Made by a program: the position numbers and the translations under genes
Notes under the pieces: generated by a model
Told to the model about the DNA's origin: nothing
Databases searched by the model: none
Seen by the model: only the letters and a program-made list of their open reading frames with translations
Part shown: piece by piece, positions 49,529 to 60,407 of the stretch
Position numbering within the stretch: position 1 is the first letter of the stretch
How the letters are laid out: the number at the start of each line of letters is the position of its first letter
Source: an uncultured delta proteobacterium
GTDB lineage: Bacteria > Desulfobacterota > Binatia > UBA9968
Direction of reading: 5' to 3'
Assembly (NCBI GenBank): GCA_963745035.1
Contig: CAVUVW010000013.1
Coordinates: 192,001 to 256,000, forward strand
DNA: 64,000 bases

Positions 49529-51068
49529 ATGGCAAAAACCAAGATCGACGTAACCCGGCGCAATTTTCTGAAGAAGAGCCTGATGCTCGGGACGGGCGCT
49601 TTCGTCGCGCCCTATTTTAGCCGCGAGAGCTTCGCCGCTTCGCGCGACCGGGTGACGATTTTTCACAGCAGCGTCGCCGACTCGATTCATCCCTACAATC
49701 ACAGCTCCAGCCCGATCTACGGCAACTGGCAGCACGTGATGGAGCCGCTGATCGAGCTCGATTACGACAAAAAGGACTATGTCGGCGTGCTCGCCGAGTC
49801 GTGGCAATTTCAAGGCAACCGGTGGACGTTCAAACTGAGAAAGGGCGTCAAGTTTCATAACGGCGCGCCGCTGACGTCGCAAGGACGTGGCGTTCTCGAT
49901 TGAAAAAATGCGCGATGAAAAGGGCGGCAGCCTGCAAGCGCCCAACTTCAAGGACGTAACGGAAGTCCAGACGCCGGACGACCAGACGGTGATTATCGTG
50001 ACCAAGCAGCCGCTGGCGATCTTTCTCGACCGGCTGGAGAACCGGTTCATTCTCAGCAAAGTCGCCGGCGACAAGTTCGGCGATAAGCTCTACGAAAATG
50101 CGATCGGCACCGGCCCCTACAAATTCGTCAGTTATCAGCGCGGCGGCAACATGGTCTTTACCCGCAACGACGATTATTGGGGCGGCAAGGCGGCGATCAA
50201 AGAAGTGGTCTTCAAAAAAGTGACCGAGGACGCGGCGCGCCTGGCGGCGTTGGAGTCCGGCCAAGCCGATTTCGTCAACAACATCCCGGTGCATGAAGTG
50301 GCGCGGCTGCAAAAGCACCCGCGGGTGCGGATCGATCAGGTCGAAGGCCTGCGCATGTTCTTTCTAGCGTTCAACATGGCGCATAAGCCCTGGGACAATA
50401 AGCTCGTGCGCCAGGCGGCCAACTATTCCATCGACGCGCCGTCCATCGTGAAAAATATTTTCGACGGCATCGGCTATCCGTGCAACGGCCCGGTGGGCGC
50501 CAACGTCATCGGCGCCGATCCCAAGTTGAAGCGCTACCCGTACGATCCGAAGAAGGCCAGGGAGCTGCTGGCGCAGGCCGGCTTTCCCGACGGCTGCGAC
50601 ATCCAACTGTATTACTCCGCCGGGCGCTATCCAAAGGACAGAGAAGTGTGCCAGGTGGTCGCGGCGCAAATGGTCAAGGGCGGTTTCCGCGTCGAGTTGA
50701 TTTCTCAGGAATGGGCGCTGTTCTGGGACAAGCAGGGGGTCAACGGCGGCCGGCTGCCTTTTTATTACATCGGCCGCGGCACGCTCACCGACGCCGATAC
50801 GCTCTATGATCAGTATTTTCGCACCGGCACGACGAAACGGACCAATTACAGCAATCCGGACCTCGACAAGCTGGTCGAGGAACAGCAGAAGACCGCGGAC
50901 CAAAAAAAGCGCGTCGCCATTCTGCACCGGGCGGGCAAGATGATCATGGACGAAGCCCTCTTCGTGCCGCTTTATAATCTCGCCGATATCTACGGCGTGG
51001 CGCGAAACGTCGTCTGGAAAAAGCGCCCGGACGAAAAAATTCTCGGTTGGGACATGAAGATCAAATAG
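49529..51068 (+). CDS. family 5 ABC substrate-binding protein (Tat; frameshift near 49880)
   Basis: TRRNFL, LAESW, GTGPYKF. Confidence 0.88.
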
Positions 51069-51153
51069 AGGCGCGCCGAGACGCTGAAATAGATTCCGGA
51101 TAGCTTTTGCTCAGTTTCCCGGAAGTTGCCGATTCTCGACGAGGAGGGCGTCG

Positions 51154-52686
51154 ATGGGTGTGGATGAGCGTGGGATCAAACGCAGAACGTTTTTGCAGCG
51201 CGGCGCGCTCGCCGGTCTCGGCGCGCTTACGAGCGCCGCGTGGCCGCGCCTTGCCTGGGCCGCATCCAAGGACCGGCTGATGATTCTCAGCAGCATCGGC
51301 CTGGACGCTCTTCATCCCTACGCTCACAGCTCCGGACCTCAGTACGGCATCTGGCAGCACATGATCGAGCCGCTGGTCGAGGTCAACTACGCGCGCAAGG
51401 ATTATTACGGCGTGCTCGCCGAGTCGTGGAAGTTCCAAGGAAACGCATGGACGTTTCGCCTCAGAAAAGGGATTCGGTTTCACAACGGCGCGCCGTTCAC
51501 CGCCCATGACGTGATTCACTCGGTGAATCGCATGCGCAATGACAAGCGCAGTTTGCAGAAGTCCAACTTCGACGATCTGACCGAGGTCCAAGCGCTTGAC
51601 GATTATACCGTGGTTTTCACCACCGCGGCGCCCAATGCGGTGCTGCTGGATCGTCTACAAAACCGCTTTATCGTCAGCAAGAGCGCCGCGGAAAAATACG
51701 GCGACGACGCCGATCAATACGCCGTCGGCACCGGGCCCTACAAATTCGTGAGCTGGCAGCGCGACGGCAATCTGGTGATGACGCGCAACGACGATTACTG
51801 GGGGCCGAAGGCGGCGATCAAAGAGATTGTTCTCAAGAAAGTCGGCGAAGACGCGGCGCGGATGTCCGGCCTGCTGGCCGGCCAGGGCGACGTGATCAAC
51901 AATGTTCCGGTGGAGGAGATCGCGCGGCTGGAAAAACACCCGCGGGTGCGCGCGGAAAAGGTCGAGGGGCTGCGCATGTATTTCCTGGCGATGAACGTGA
52001 CCCACAAACCGTTCGACAACAAGCTGGTGCGCCAGGCGTTCAACTATGCGGTCGATCCGACCGCGGTGATCCGACATATCTACGAAGGCAACGGCTACGT
52101 GATGAACGGACCGCTCGGCAGCAACGTGATCGGCTACGATGCCAAGATCAAGCGCTATCCGCTCGATCCGAAAAAGGCCAGGGAGCTTTTGGCCCAGGCC
52201 GGCTTCGCCAACGGCCTGGAGGTCAAGCTGCACTTCTCGCCGGACCGCTACCCCAAAGCGCGCGAGGTCTGCCAGGTGGTCGCCGATCAACTGGCCAAGG
52301 CGGGCATCAAAGTCGAGCTGGTGTCGCAGGAATTTGCCATCTTCTGGGGTTCGGATGGCGTCAACGGCGGCAAAATTCCCTTCTATTATGTCGGCCGGCC
52401 GGCGATCGACGCCGACACGGTTTATGATCAATACTACCGCTCCGGCAGAACCAAGCGGGTAAGCTTTCAAAACGCCGAAGTCGACCGGCTGATCGACGAG
52501 CAGCGCAGGACCGGCGATCAAAAGAAGCGCGTCGCGCTGTTGCAGCAGGTGGGCCGCATCCTGATGGAAGAGGCGGCCCTGGTGCCGCTGTACACCTTGG
52601 CGGAAATCTACGGTGTGGCGCGCAACGTGGTCTGGAAAGCCCACCCGGAGGAAAAGGTGCTCGCGTCGGAGATGAAAATCCGCTAG
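51154..52686 (+). CDS. family 5 ABC substrate-binding protein (Tat)
   Basis: KRRTFL, LAESW, GTGPYKF. Confidence 0.92.
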   Translation: MGVDERGIKRRTFLQRGALAGLGALTSAAWPRLAWAASKDRLMILSSIGLDALHPYAHSSGPQYGIWQHMIEPLVEVNYARKDYYGVLAESWKFQGNAWTFRLRKGIRFHNGAPFTAHDVIHSVNRMRNDKRSLQKSNFDDLTEVQALDDYTVVFTTAAPNAVLLDRLQNRFIVSKSAAEKYGDDADQYAVGTGPYKFVSWQRDGNLVMTRNDDYWGPKAAIKEIVLKKVGEDAARMSGLLAGQGDVINNVPVEEIARLEKHPRVRAEKVEGLRMYFLAMNVTHKPFDNKLVRQAFNYAVDPTAVIRHIYEGNGYVMNGPLGSNVIGYDAKIKRYPLDPKKARELLAQAGFANGLEVKLHFSPDRYPKAREVCQVVADQLAKAGIKVELVSQEFAIFWGSDGVNGGKIPFYYVGRPAIDADTVYDQYYRSGRTKRVSFQNAEVDRLIDEQRRTGDQKKRVALLQQVGRILMEEAALVPLYTLAEIYGVARNVVWKAHPEEKVLASEMKIR

Positions 52687-52895
52687 CAAGGATTGTTCGT
52701 GGAAAAATTGCGCTCGAGGTGCAATCCTTCCGGAGCAAAGGCAATGCGCGCGTGCCTGGGAGAGCCAAGTGGACTGTTCCAGGGGCGCCCCTCGAGCGAC
52801 AATGTCATGGGTCTTATCTCGCCGCACGGATACTCCATGCTAGAAGGACGCGGAACGCGATTTGAAAGTTCACGGCTGACGATCTGGAGGATGAA

Positions 52896-54432
52896 ATGAG
52901 TTCACGGAAACGCGGCATCAAGCGCAGGGATTTTCTCAAACGGAGGCGCGCTCGCGGGCTTGGGCGCGCTGCTCGGCAATTCGCTCGTGCGCGCGAGCTA
53001 CGCGGCGTCGCGCGAACGGCTGACGATTCTCAGCAGCATCAGCCTCGATACGCTCCATCCCTACGCGCACAGCTCGAGCCCGCACTACGGCATCTGGCAT
53101 AACATGATCGAACCGCTGGTGGAGGTGAATTACGCGAAGCGGGAATATTTCGGCGTGCTCGCCGAGTCGTGGCAGTTTCAGGGCAAGCGCTGGGTGTTCA
53201 AGCTGCGCAAGAATGTTCGTTTTCACGACGGCAGCCCGTTCACGGCGCAGGACGTGATCTACTCCATCAACCGGATGAAGAACGACAAGCCGAGTCTGCA
53301 AAAAGAAAATTTTCGCGACTTGACGGAAATGCAGGCGCTCGATGAACACACCGTCGCGTTCACCACCGAGGTGCCCAACGCCGTGTTTCTCGACCGATTG
53401 CACAACCGCTTCATGCTCAGCAAGAGCGCCATGGAAGCCCAGGGCGGCGATGCCGGCGAGCAAAAACCGGTGGGCACCGGCGCCTATCGCTTCGTGAGCT
53501 GGCAGCGCGACGGCAATCTGGTGCTCACCCGCCACGACCATTACTGGCGCGACAAAACGGCGGTCAAGGAGATCGTCATCCGGCGCGTCAAAGAAGACGC
53601 CGGGCGTGTCGCCGGCCTGCTCGCCGGGCAGGGCGATGTCACCAACAACGTGCCGGTGGAGGAGATCTCGCGCTTCGACAAGCACCCGCGCGTGCGCGCC
53701 GAAAAGGTCGAAGGCGTGCGCATGTATTTTTTGGCGATGAACGTGACCCACAAGCCGTTCGACAACAAGATGGTCCGGCAAGCGCTGAGCTACGCCGTCG
53801 ATCCGGCGGTGATCATCAAGCACATTTACGAGGGCAACGGCTACATCATGAACGGGCCCTTGGGATCGAACGTGATCGGCTTCGATCCCAAAATGAAACG
53901 CTATCCTTACGATCCCAAAAAGGCCAAGGAGCTGCTCGATAAGGCGGGCTTCGCCGGCGGACTCGACATCAAGCTCTATTTCTCTCCCGACCGCTATCCC
54001 AAAGCGAAGGAAGTATGCCAGGTGATCGCCGACCAACTGGCGAAAGCCGGCGTGAGGACCGAGCTGGTGTCTCAGGAGTTCGTAATTTTTTGGGGCAAGG
54101 AAGGAGTCAACGGCGGCAAGCTGGGTTTTTACTACGTCGGCAGGCCCGCCGCCGACGCGGACACCGTTTACGATCAATACTTCCGCTCGGGCGTCAGCCC
54201 GCGCATACAGTACAAAAATCCTGAATTCGACAAGCTCATCGATGAGGAGCAAAAAACCGGCGATCCAAAGAAACGCGTGGCGATCCTGCAACAGGCGGGA
54301 CGCATTCTCATGGAAGATGCGCCGTTCATTCCGCTTTACACGCTGGCGGAAATCTACGGCGTAGCGCGCAACGTCGTCTGGACGCCGCGGCCTGATGAAA
54401 AAATCATCGCCGCGGAAATGAAGATTCGTTGA
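52896..54432 (+). CDS. family 5 ABC substrate-binding protein (Tat; frameshift near 52945)
   Basis: KRRDFL; close paralogue of 51154. Confidence 0.88.
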
Positions 54433-54798
54433 GTCCCACCAAGGTGTGACTTCCGCCGCGCGGAATTTGCGTCCAATTGCCGCAGCGCAATCCTTCGGTT
54501 GTAAAGACAGCGCTCTCCCGACGCTGAGCGGATCGCGATCGCCAGTCGCACACGGTGAGTAGATCAATCCAAGGCAGATCCTTCACTCGTAGACTATGGA
54601 ATACTCTACGGAGCTCTTCGACTTGGCTCAGGGCGACCGGTCAAGTGCTTCGTTCTCAAGAAAGTGACTCGTTCGTGCGGCATCGGGGGTTCAAACAGCC
54701 GCGGCGGGCGCTGACGAGTTTGTTTTCGAACGCGCACAAAAGTGCGCGTTCGGGGTGGTAAACTTCGGAAAAGCGGCACGGTAATCCACTAAACTTAC

Positions 54799-54814
54799 TG
54801 GCATAGTCGTTGCT
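54799..54814 (+). promoter_or_regulatory. sigma54 promoter
   Basis: TGGCATAGTCGTTGCT; perfect 11-bp inverted repeat upstream at 54727-54752. Confidence 0.7.
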
Positions 54815-54827
54815 GATTCCGCGGCGC

Positions 54828-55371
54828 ATGACGACTCCTACCGTGACCGCGGCCGAAACCGGCGCGAAGAAGATGCGCTACTCGGCGATTCTGCGCTGCA
54901 TCGGTCAGAGTCTCGAAGGGATGCAGCTCAAGGCGCTCGAAGTCAAAACCCATGGAGACGATCTGGTCGTCCAGGCATGGAACCGGGGCGCGTCGATGGC
55001 GATGGATCTGGAAAAAGTTTACTCCCCGGAGGACGTGCGCGCGCTCGAGGCCGAAGGCCGAGCACAACGAAAAGCCTTTCGCCGGCCCGCCGGACCTGCT
55101 GAGTTTATCGCAGATTCTGCGACTCGCGGGCAACTACGTGGACCGGATGGGCGGCCGGCTGCTGCGGGTTTCCTGGCAGGATCAATCCGAGAAGATCCAG
55201 TCGATCACCGTCCAGTGGGAGCCGTCCCAACCGGGGCGCAAGCCAGGCGAAGGGCCGCTCACGACGATCGAAGAGCTCTGCATCCACGTTTACAAGCAGC
55301 GTAAGAAGATCAATTTGCTCTCCGAGCGGCAGGGCAATCGGCCATTCGTGAGCGTTGCGCGGGGCGGCTGA
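54828..55371 (+). CDS. hypothetical protein (frameshift near 55075)
   Basis: YSAILRCIGQSLE...YSPEDVRALE joined to LSQILRLAGNYVD...; internal two-fold similarity; start uncertain. Confidence 0.6.
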
Positions 55372-55384
55372 GCGCCCTTTCCTG

Positions 55385-57029
55385 TTACGCCTGGTACTTG
55401 ACCTCGCCGCCGACCAGTGTCATCTCGACATTCAATTCTCTGATTTTTTCCGGCGCCACCGCGAACGGATCCTCGGCGAGCACAGCGATATCGGCGAGCT
55501 TGCCGATTTCGAGAGTGCCCTTGTCGTTTTCTTCGAATCCCACCCATGAAGCCGTGGTGGTATGCATGGCGAAGGCTTCGCTGACGCTGATTCTTTCCTC
55601 CGGAATCCATACATCGCCCCAGCGCATTCTGCGCGACGCGGCGGTCGCGATGTCGCGCAGTGGATCGACCGGCCAGTAGCCGGGCGAGTCCGAGCCGCCG
55701 GCGATGATGACGCCGTTTTTAAGAAGCGTGTGAAAGGGAAATGCCTTGGTGAGGCGCTTCTCGCCGACGCAGTCCAGAATCGCGTCGCCGATGTAGTAGG
55801 CAAAGGCGATGTTGGGAATGGCAACGATGTTCGACCGGACCATGCGCTGCATCAATTTCGGCGTGGCGAGCCAGTTGCCCATATGCTCGATGCGGTGGCG
55901 GTGGTCTTTGCGCGGCGAGTGTTCGATGGCGTTTTCATAGGCGTCGAGCGCCATGTCGAAGGCTTTGTCGCCGATCGCATGAACACAGCAGCGCAGGCCG
56001 GCGTCGTGGCAAACTTGTACGGTGTGATTCAACTCGTCCTGCTGAATTCTTATAATCCCGTGGTTGTGCTCGTCGTTCTCGTACGGTTCGTGGAAACAGG
56101 CATTGCGGCCGGTGATGCCGCCGTCGATGCTCATCTTGACTCCGCCGATGCGCAGCCAATCGTTGCCGAAGCCGGTGATAAGACCGAGCTCGGTAAGGCT
56201 CTTGGACTCGATCATGGATTCGATCACCCGGGGCAAGATGCTGACGCGGGCGTGCATGCGGCCTTCCTTGTAGATCTCCTGATAGGCGCGCACCGGTTCG
56301 GCGTAGCGGACGATATCGTGCACCGTGGTCACGCCTCTTTGTAAACATTGATTCAACGCGAAGACGATCCCGTCTTTCAACTGCAGATAGTTAAATTCCG
56401 GGGCGACTTTTTTTACGATCAACTGGGCGCGCTCGTGCAGCTCGCCGGTCGGTTCGCCGGTCTGTGCATCATGCCGGATGTGCCCGCCCGCGGGATCGGG
56501 TGTATCGCGGGTGATCTTCGCCGCAGCCAGGGCAAGAGTGTTGGCGATGGTCACATGCGCTCCGAATGAAATAGACATCGGATGATCCGTCACGGCGCGA
56601 TCGAGATCGTGCTTGTCGGGAAAGCGCTTATCGTTGATGCGGAAGTCCTGCATCGGACTGCCGTGGGCGACGATCCATGAACCTTTCGGGCGCTGTCGCG
56701 GCGGCGTTGCCGAGGCGCTGCAGAATGTCAGCAACGGAGTTCACGTCGACATAGAAATCGCGGCAGTCAACGAGTTCCATCTCCGCCGTGCCTTTCTCGG
56801 AAAGATGCACATGAGTATCCGTCAGGCCGGGAATCGCAGTGCGTCCTTTGAGGTCGATCGTCTCGGTATCGGGACCGGCGAGACGGCGAATATCGTCGGA
56901 CTTGCCCGTGGCGACGATCCTCGATCCCGCGCACGCCAAAGCTTCGCAGGTCGAAGTTTCGTTTGTAAAAGTACGGATCTTGCCGTTGTACAGAATCAAA
57001 CTCGGATAGGGTAATGGACGGGTTGCCAT
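55385..57029 (-). CDS. amidohydrolase_3 (YtcJ-like) (frameshift near 56715)
   Basis: PGLTDTHVH, KMSIDG, HAIGD, HRIEH, GGSDSP and GKLAD motifs. Confidence 0.9.
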
Positions 57030-57164
57030 GGTATGTCTTGCTCCTTTGATTGTTGCTCAGCGGGTAAACTATCTTTTTCCCATGAAACGCTGACGCATTA
57101 AACGTCCCACTGGAAACAAATTCGCCGCCACTGCTGCGAGTGAATATTTCTTATCGAGACGATA

Positions 57165-58109
57165 TTACAAGCGCAACTCTTGTTTGTGCGCCACTAGCCA
57201 TGCGGAAAGGCGCGCAATGCCTTCGTCGAGGTAGATTTTCGGCGACCAGCCGAGATCCTTCTTCGCCAAAGAAATATCGAGCGGGCTGCGCATGCGATGC
57301 GGCGCAACCTCGGCGGCATTGGGGTGCTGGCCAATCTCAAATGGCAGATCCGGCAGTGCTTTCTTGATGGCCCGTGTGAGATCGTCGTTAGTGTAGGCGC
57401 GGTCGAGTCCGATATTGTAGGCACGGCTGAGCGGCTTGCTGGCGAAAAGGGCGCAGCTCACGGCGTCGGCGACGTCATCGACATAAATCAAATCGTCGAG
57501 CGGGCGGGTGAGAAAAGGCCGGCAGCTTTGGCCCAGCACGCCTTTTTTGAGCTCCAGGGGAATGCTCCGGTAAAGGCCCGGGCCGTAGACCGAAGAGTAT
57601 CTCAGCGCGACGAAGTCCACGCCGTGCTTTTCTTTATAAAAATCGCCCATCCACTCGGAGACCGTTTTTGACGCCCGATAGAAATAGGTCGGATAAATCG
57701 TCACCGCATCGTCTTCCTTGACCAAGCCGCCTTCAGGCTTTTTCAACTGGCCGTAGATCGAAGCGGAGCTTGAATACACGACACGTGTAATTCCCAAATC
57801 CTTGACCGCTTCCAGGATGTTCGTCATGGCGTGATAGCAGTAATTCAGAACCTCCGGCGTTTCCGTTCTCGGCGGGTGCGCTGCGTGAAAGACATGCGTC
57901 GGCTTTTCCCGGGCACAGAGCGCGCGGAAAGCGGCAGGGTCGGTGACATTCATGATATGGCTGCTGGTCTTGATGCCGAGGAGGGAAAGGTCCGGCGAAC
58001 GCGGCACGACATCCATCGGCACGACGTTGTGACCGAGGGATTCCATCAGCCGGGTAACGTGCGAGCCGATAAACCCGTTGGCGCCGGTAATTAAGATCGT
58101 GTGAGCCAT
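57165..58109 (-). CDS. NAD-dependent epimerase/dehydratase
   Basis: TGANGFIG, SSSASIYG, YRASK and VYGPG motifs. Confidence 0.9.
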   Translation of the reverse strand: MAHTILITGANGFIGSHVTRLMESLGHNVVPMDVVPRSPDLSLLGIKTSSHIMNVTDPAAFRALCAREKPTHVFHAAHPPRTETPEVLNYCYHAMTNILEAVKDLGITRVVYSSSASIYGQLKKPEGGLVKEDDAVTIYPTYFYRASKTVSEWMGDFYKEKHGVDFVALRYSSVYGPGLYRSIPLELKKGVLGQSCRPFLTRPLDDLIYVDDVADAVSCALFASKPLSRAYNIGLDRAYTNDDLTRAIKKALPDLPFEIGQHPNAAEVAPHRMRSPLDISLAKKDLGWSPKIYLDEGIARLSAWLVAHKQELRL

Positions 58110-58114
58110 CGATG

Positions 58115-59188
58115 TCAGCGCTGGCGGATGAAAAGCTTGCGCATGAGGCCTTCCCACTCGGTGAACTTCTTTTCCAACTCCTCGGGGGGATACCTGCTCT
58201 CCGTGTAGATCTTTTTGAACTTCTGCTCCAGCGAGCCGATGTCGGTACGCGCCGAGCTTAGGCCGCCTTTCATGGCGACCTGCTGGCCCAATTTCGAGTG
58301 CAGGTAGTCGAGGAAGAGCAATGCTGCGTACGGGTGAGGCGCGTTGGTAATCATACCGGAGGAGCCCACGCCGGCGATAACCGGATCGATGGCCCGCCAT
58401 TCGACCGGCGCATTTTTCTCTTTGTGGGTAAAAATATTCGAGTTGAAGATCGTCGGCGAGATCGGCACTTCACCCGAGGCCACCAGACCCGAAAGCGCCG
58501 CGCCCGACATATTCTGCACGTTAATTTCCTGAGCGCTCAGTTTTTCCAAGAACTCGCGGCCCATCGCGTCCAATATCGCCCCGATCCACTGCGTGCCGGT
58601 AGTGGTTCCGGCGATCGACATCTTTCCTTTCCATTTGGGATCGAGATAGTCTTTGAGCGTCTTTGGCGCCTCGGCGGGTGAAATTAATTTTGTGTTGTAA
58701 CCCAGGCTGATATAGATCTCACGGTTGGTCCAGGCGAGCACGCCGTTCTTCCCCTTCACTTTCGCCTCATCGTCATAAGCGCCGAGTTCGGGTGAAAAGT
58801 GGTCTTGCAGTAAGGCGCTTCGCACTAACAGCGTCACGTATTCGGGGCTGGTTTCCACGACATCGGCGAGGTACTTGCCGGCAGCGTGTTCTTCGGTCAG
58901 GCGTTTCAGCAACGCTTTGGAGTCGCTCCGCCAGACGTTTGCTTTGATGAACGGGTATTTTTTCTCAAACTCCTGAGAAACAGGCCCTGCGACCCAGGTG
59001 TTCGAGGTATAAAAAGTAAGTTGCCCTTCTTTCTTCGCACCTTCGAGCAAGATTTTTTCGCGATCATTGCCCTTGTAAAGCGCCAGGTCGGCCCTCGACA
59101 AGGTTTTGCTTTGCGCCGCAAGCAGAGTTGAGCCCGACATAAAAATAGCGAGCAAGAGCATTGTGCTGGTAAACAATTTTGACCGCAT
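58115..59188 (-). CDS. extracellular solute-binding protein (AfuA-like fold)
   Basis: Signal peptide; GAKKEGQLTFYTS, APHPYAALLFLDY; paralogue of 30021. Confidence 0.87.
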   Translation of the reverse strand: MRSKLFTSTMLLLAIFMSGSTLLAAQSKTLSRADLALYKGNDREKILLEGAKKEGQLTFYTSNTWVAGPVSQEFEKKYPFIKANVWRSDSKALLKRLTEEHAAGKYLADVVETSPEYVTLLVRSALLQDHFSPELGAYDDEAKVKGKNGVLAWTNREIYISLGYNTKLISPAEAPKTLKDYLDPKWKGKMSIAGTTTGTQWIGAILDAMGREFLEKLSAQEINVQNMSGAALSGLVASGEVPISPTIFNSNIFTHKEKNAPVEWRAIDPVIAGVGSSGMITNAPHPYAALLFLDYLHSKLGQQVAMKGGLSSARTDIGSLEQKFKKIYTESRYPPEELEKKFTEWEGLMRKLFIRQR

Positions 59189-59215
59189 CGAAATCTCCTT
59201 CTAGAAAGAGAGCAG

Positions 59216-60396
59216 TTAATCGAAGTAGTTCGATTTGTAGGCCCAGAGCCAAAGGTAAGCGATCTTCTCGTTGTGCAGCTCCGAGTAGCCGACGTGGCCG
59301 TAGCGCGGGATCAAAACGACGTGGGCACCGCGGGCTCGCGGCTGCGTACTTGGCGCCCATGAACATCTCCCGTTTGTTTTCGAGCTTGTCGCCTCGGACC
59401 CAATGGCCTTTGTCGTTCTCCCCGACCGTTAAGAGCACGCGGATCGTTTTCAGCCAGTTCGGATCGGGTTCCTGCAAATGATCGAAATATTCTTCGCGCG
59501 GCAGGCCGGTACGCTTGACGTACTCGTCGAGAATGCCGACGGCGGCATTGTGTTGATTGTCGCAGAGGCTGGTTTTCATCTGGGAGCGCAGCGGGCTTAC
59601 GAGCCGGATGTAATCGTCGGCGCCGCCCCAGGGCGTCAAGTCTTCCGGATCGATATAGCCCGATTCCTTGAAGGAATCCGGCGAGCGGCGCGAGACATGG
59701 TCAATCGGTTTCTCAACATACTTTTCCGCGCCGGTCTTGTCGCGCCATTCCTTGCGCCAGCCGTCGGGGCCGCCGCTGCCGAAGCCGACAATCCCGACGA
59801 CTTTGGTCTTCTGGGAAAATCGCGTCAGATGCGCGGCCATCGGGCCGCCCGTCGAGTGGCCGAAGGCGATAATTTCTCGGCCGGCGAGATTCTCGTCAGT
59901 CAGAAGACCCGCACCTTGCAAGTATGACATTGAAAGTACATTTTAAGTTGCGATCGCGGATCTCGTCATCAGACAAGTCACGATCCATGAGATAGATTGG
60001 GTTGCGCTCGGAGACGGGTTGTTTCCAAACGCCGCCTGGGGGGTAGTGGCCCGGATAGGTGAGCGCCAAAACTTTAAAACCTTGAGCCGCCAGCGCGCGC
60101 GCGAGGCCCGGTCTTCCGTCCGGCGTCAGGTCCATGATCTTTTCGCTGCCGGCACCGCCATGGAAGAAAACGAAAGCGCGGCGCGAATCGGTCTCGGTTT
60201 GCGGTGAAAAGAGCGTGCCGTGCATGTCCCAATCGTAGCCGTTGCGGCGAAAGCGCGCGGTCGCATCGGTGAGAGTGAACTCACGGTTGGCATAAGGCGG
60301 CTGGACTGCAAGCCATTCATCCCAAGTGAGTTTGAGCAAAAGGTCTTTCGAATTGAGGCCTGCAAGGAACTTTTCGGTGATTCCGTTGGTACTCAT
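59216..60396 (-). CDS. alpha/beta hydrolase-like protein (two frameshifts)
   Basis: FFHGGAG, TYPGH, GHSTGG elbow, YGHVG across three frames. Confidence 0.7.
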
Positions 60397-60407
60397 GTGA
60401 CGACTCT

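Noticed and set aside
29439-54567. Long antisense ORFs (e.g. 29439..30329, 31904..33184, 41438..42604, 52936..54567)
   Set aside because: Shadows of GC-rich genes on the opposite strand; no motifs or RBS
2609-60396. Frameshifts in about 15 genes as mass pseudogenisation or programmed frameshifting
   Set aside because: They hit unrelated and probably essential genes (thyX), both sides stay conserved, there are no accompanying nonsense codons and no shared slippery motif; long-read indel error is the simplest explanation
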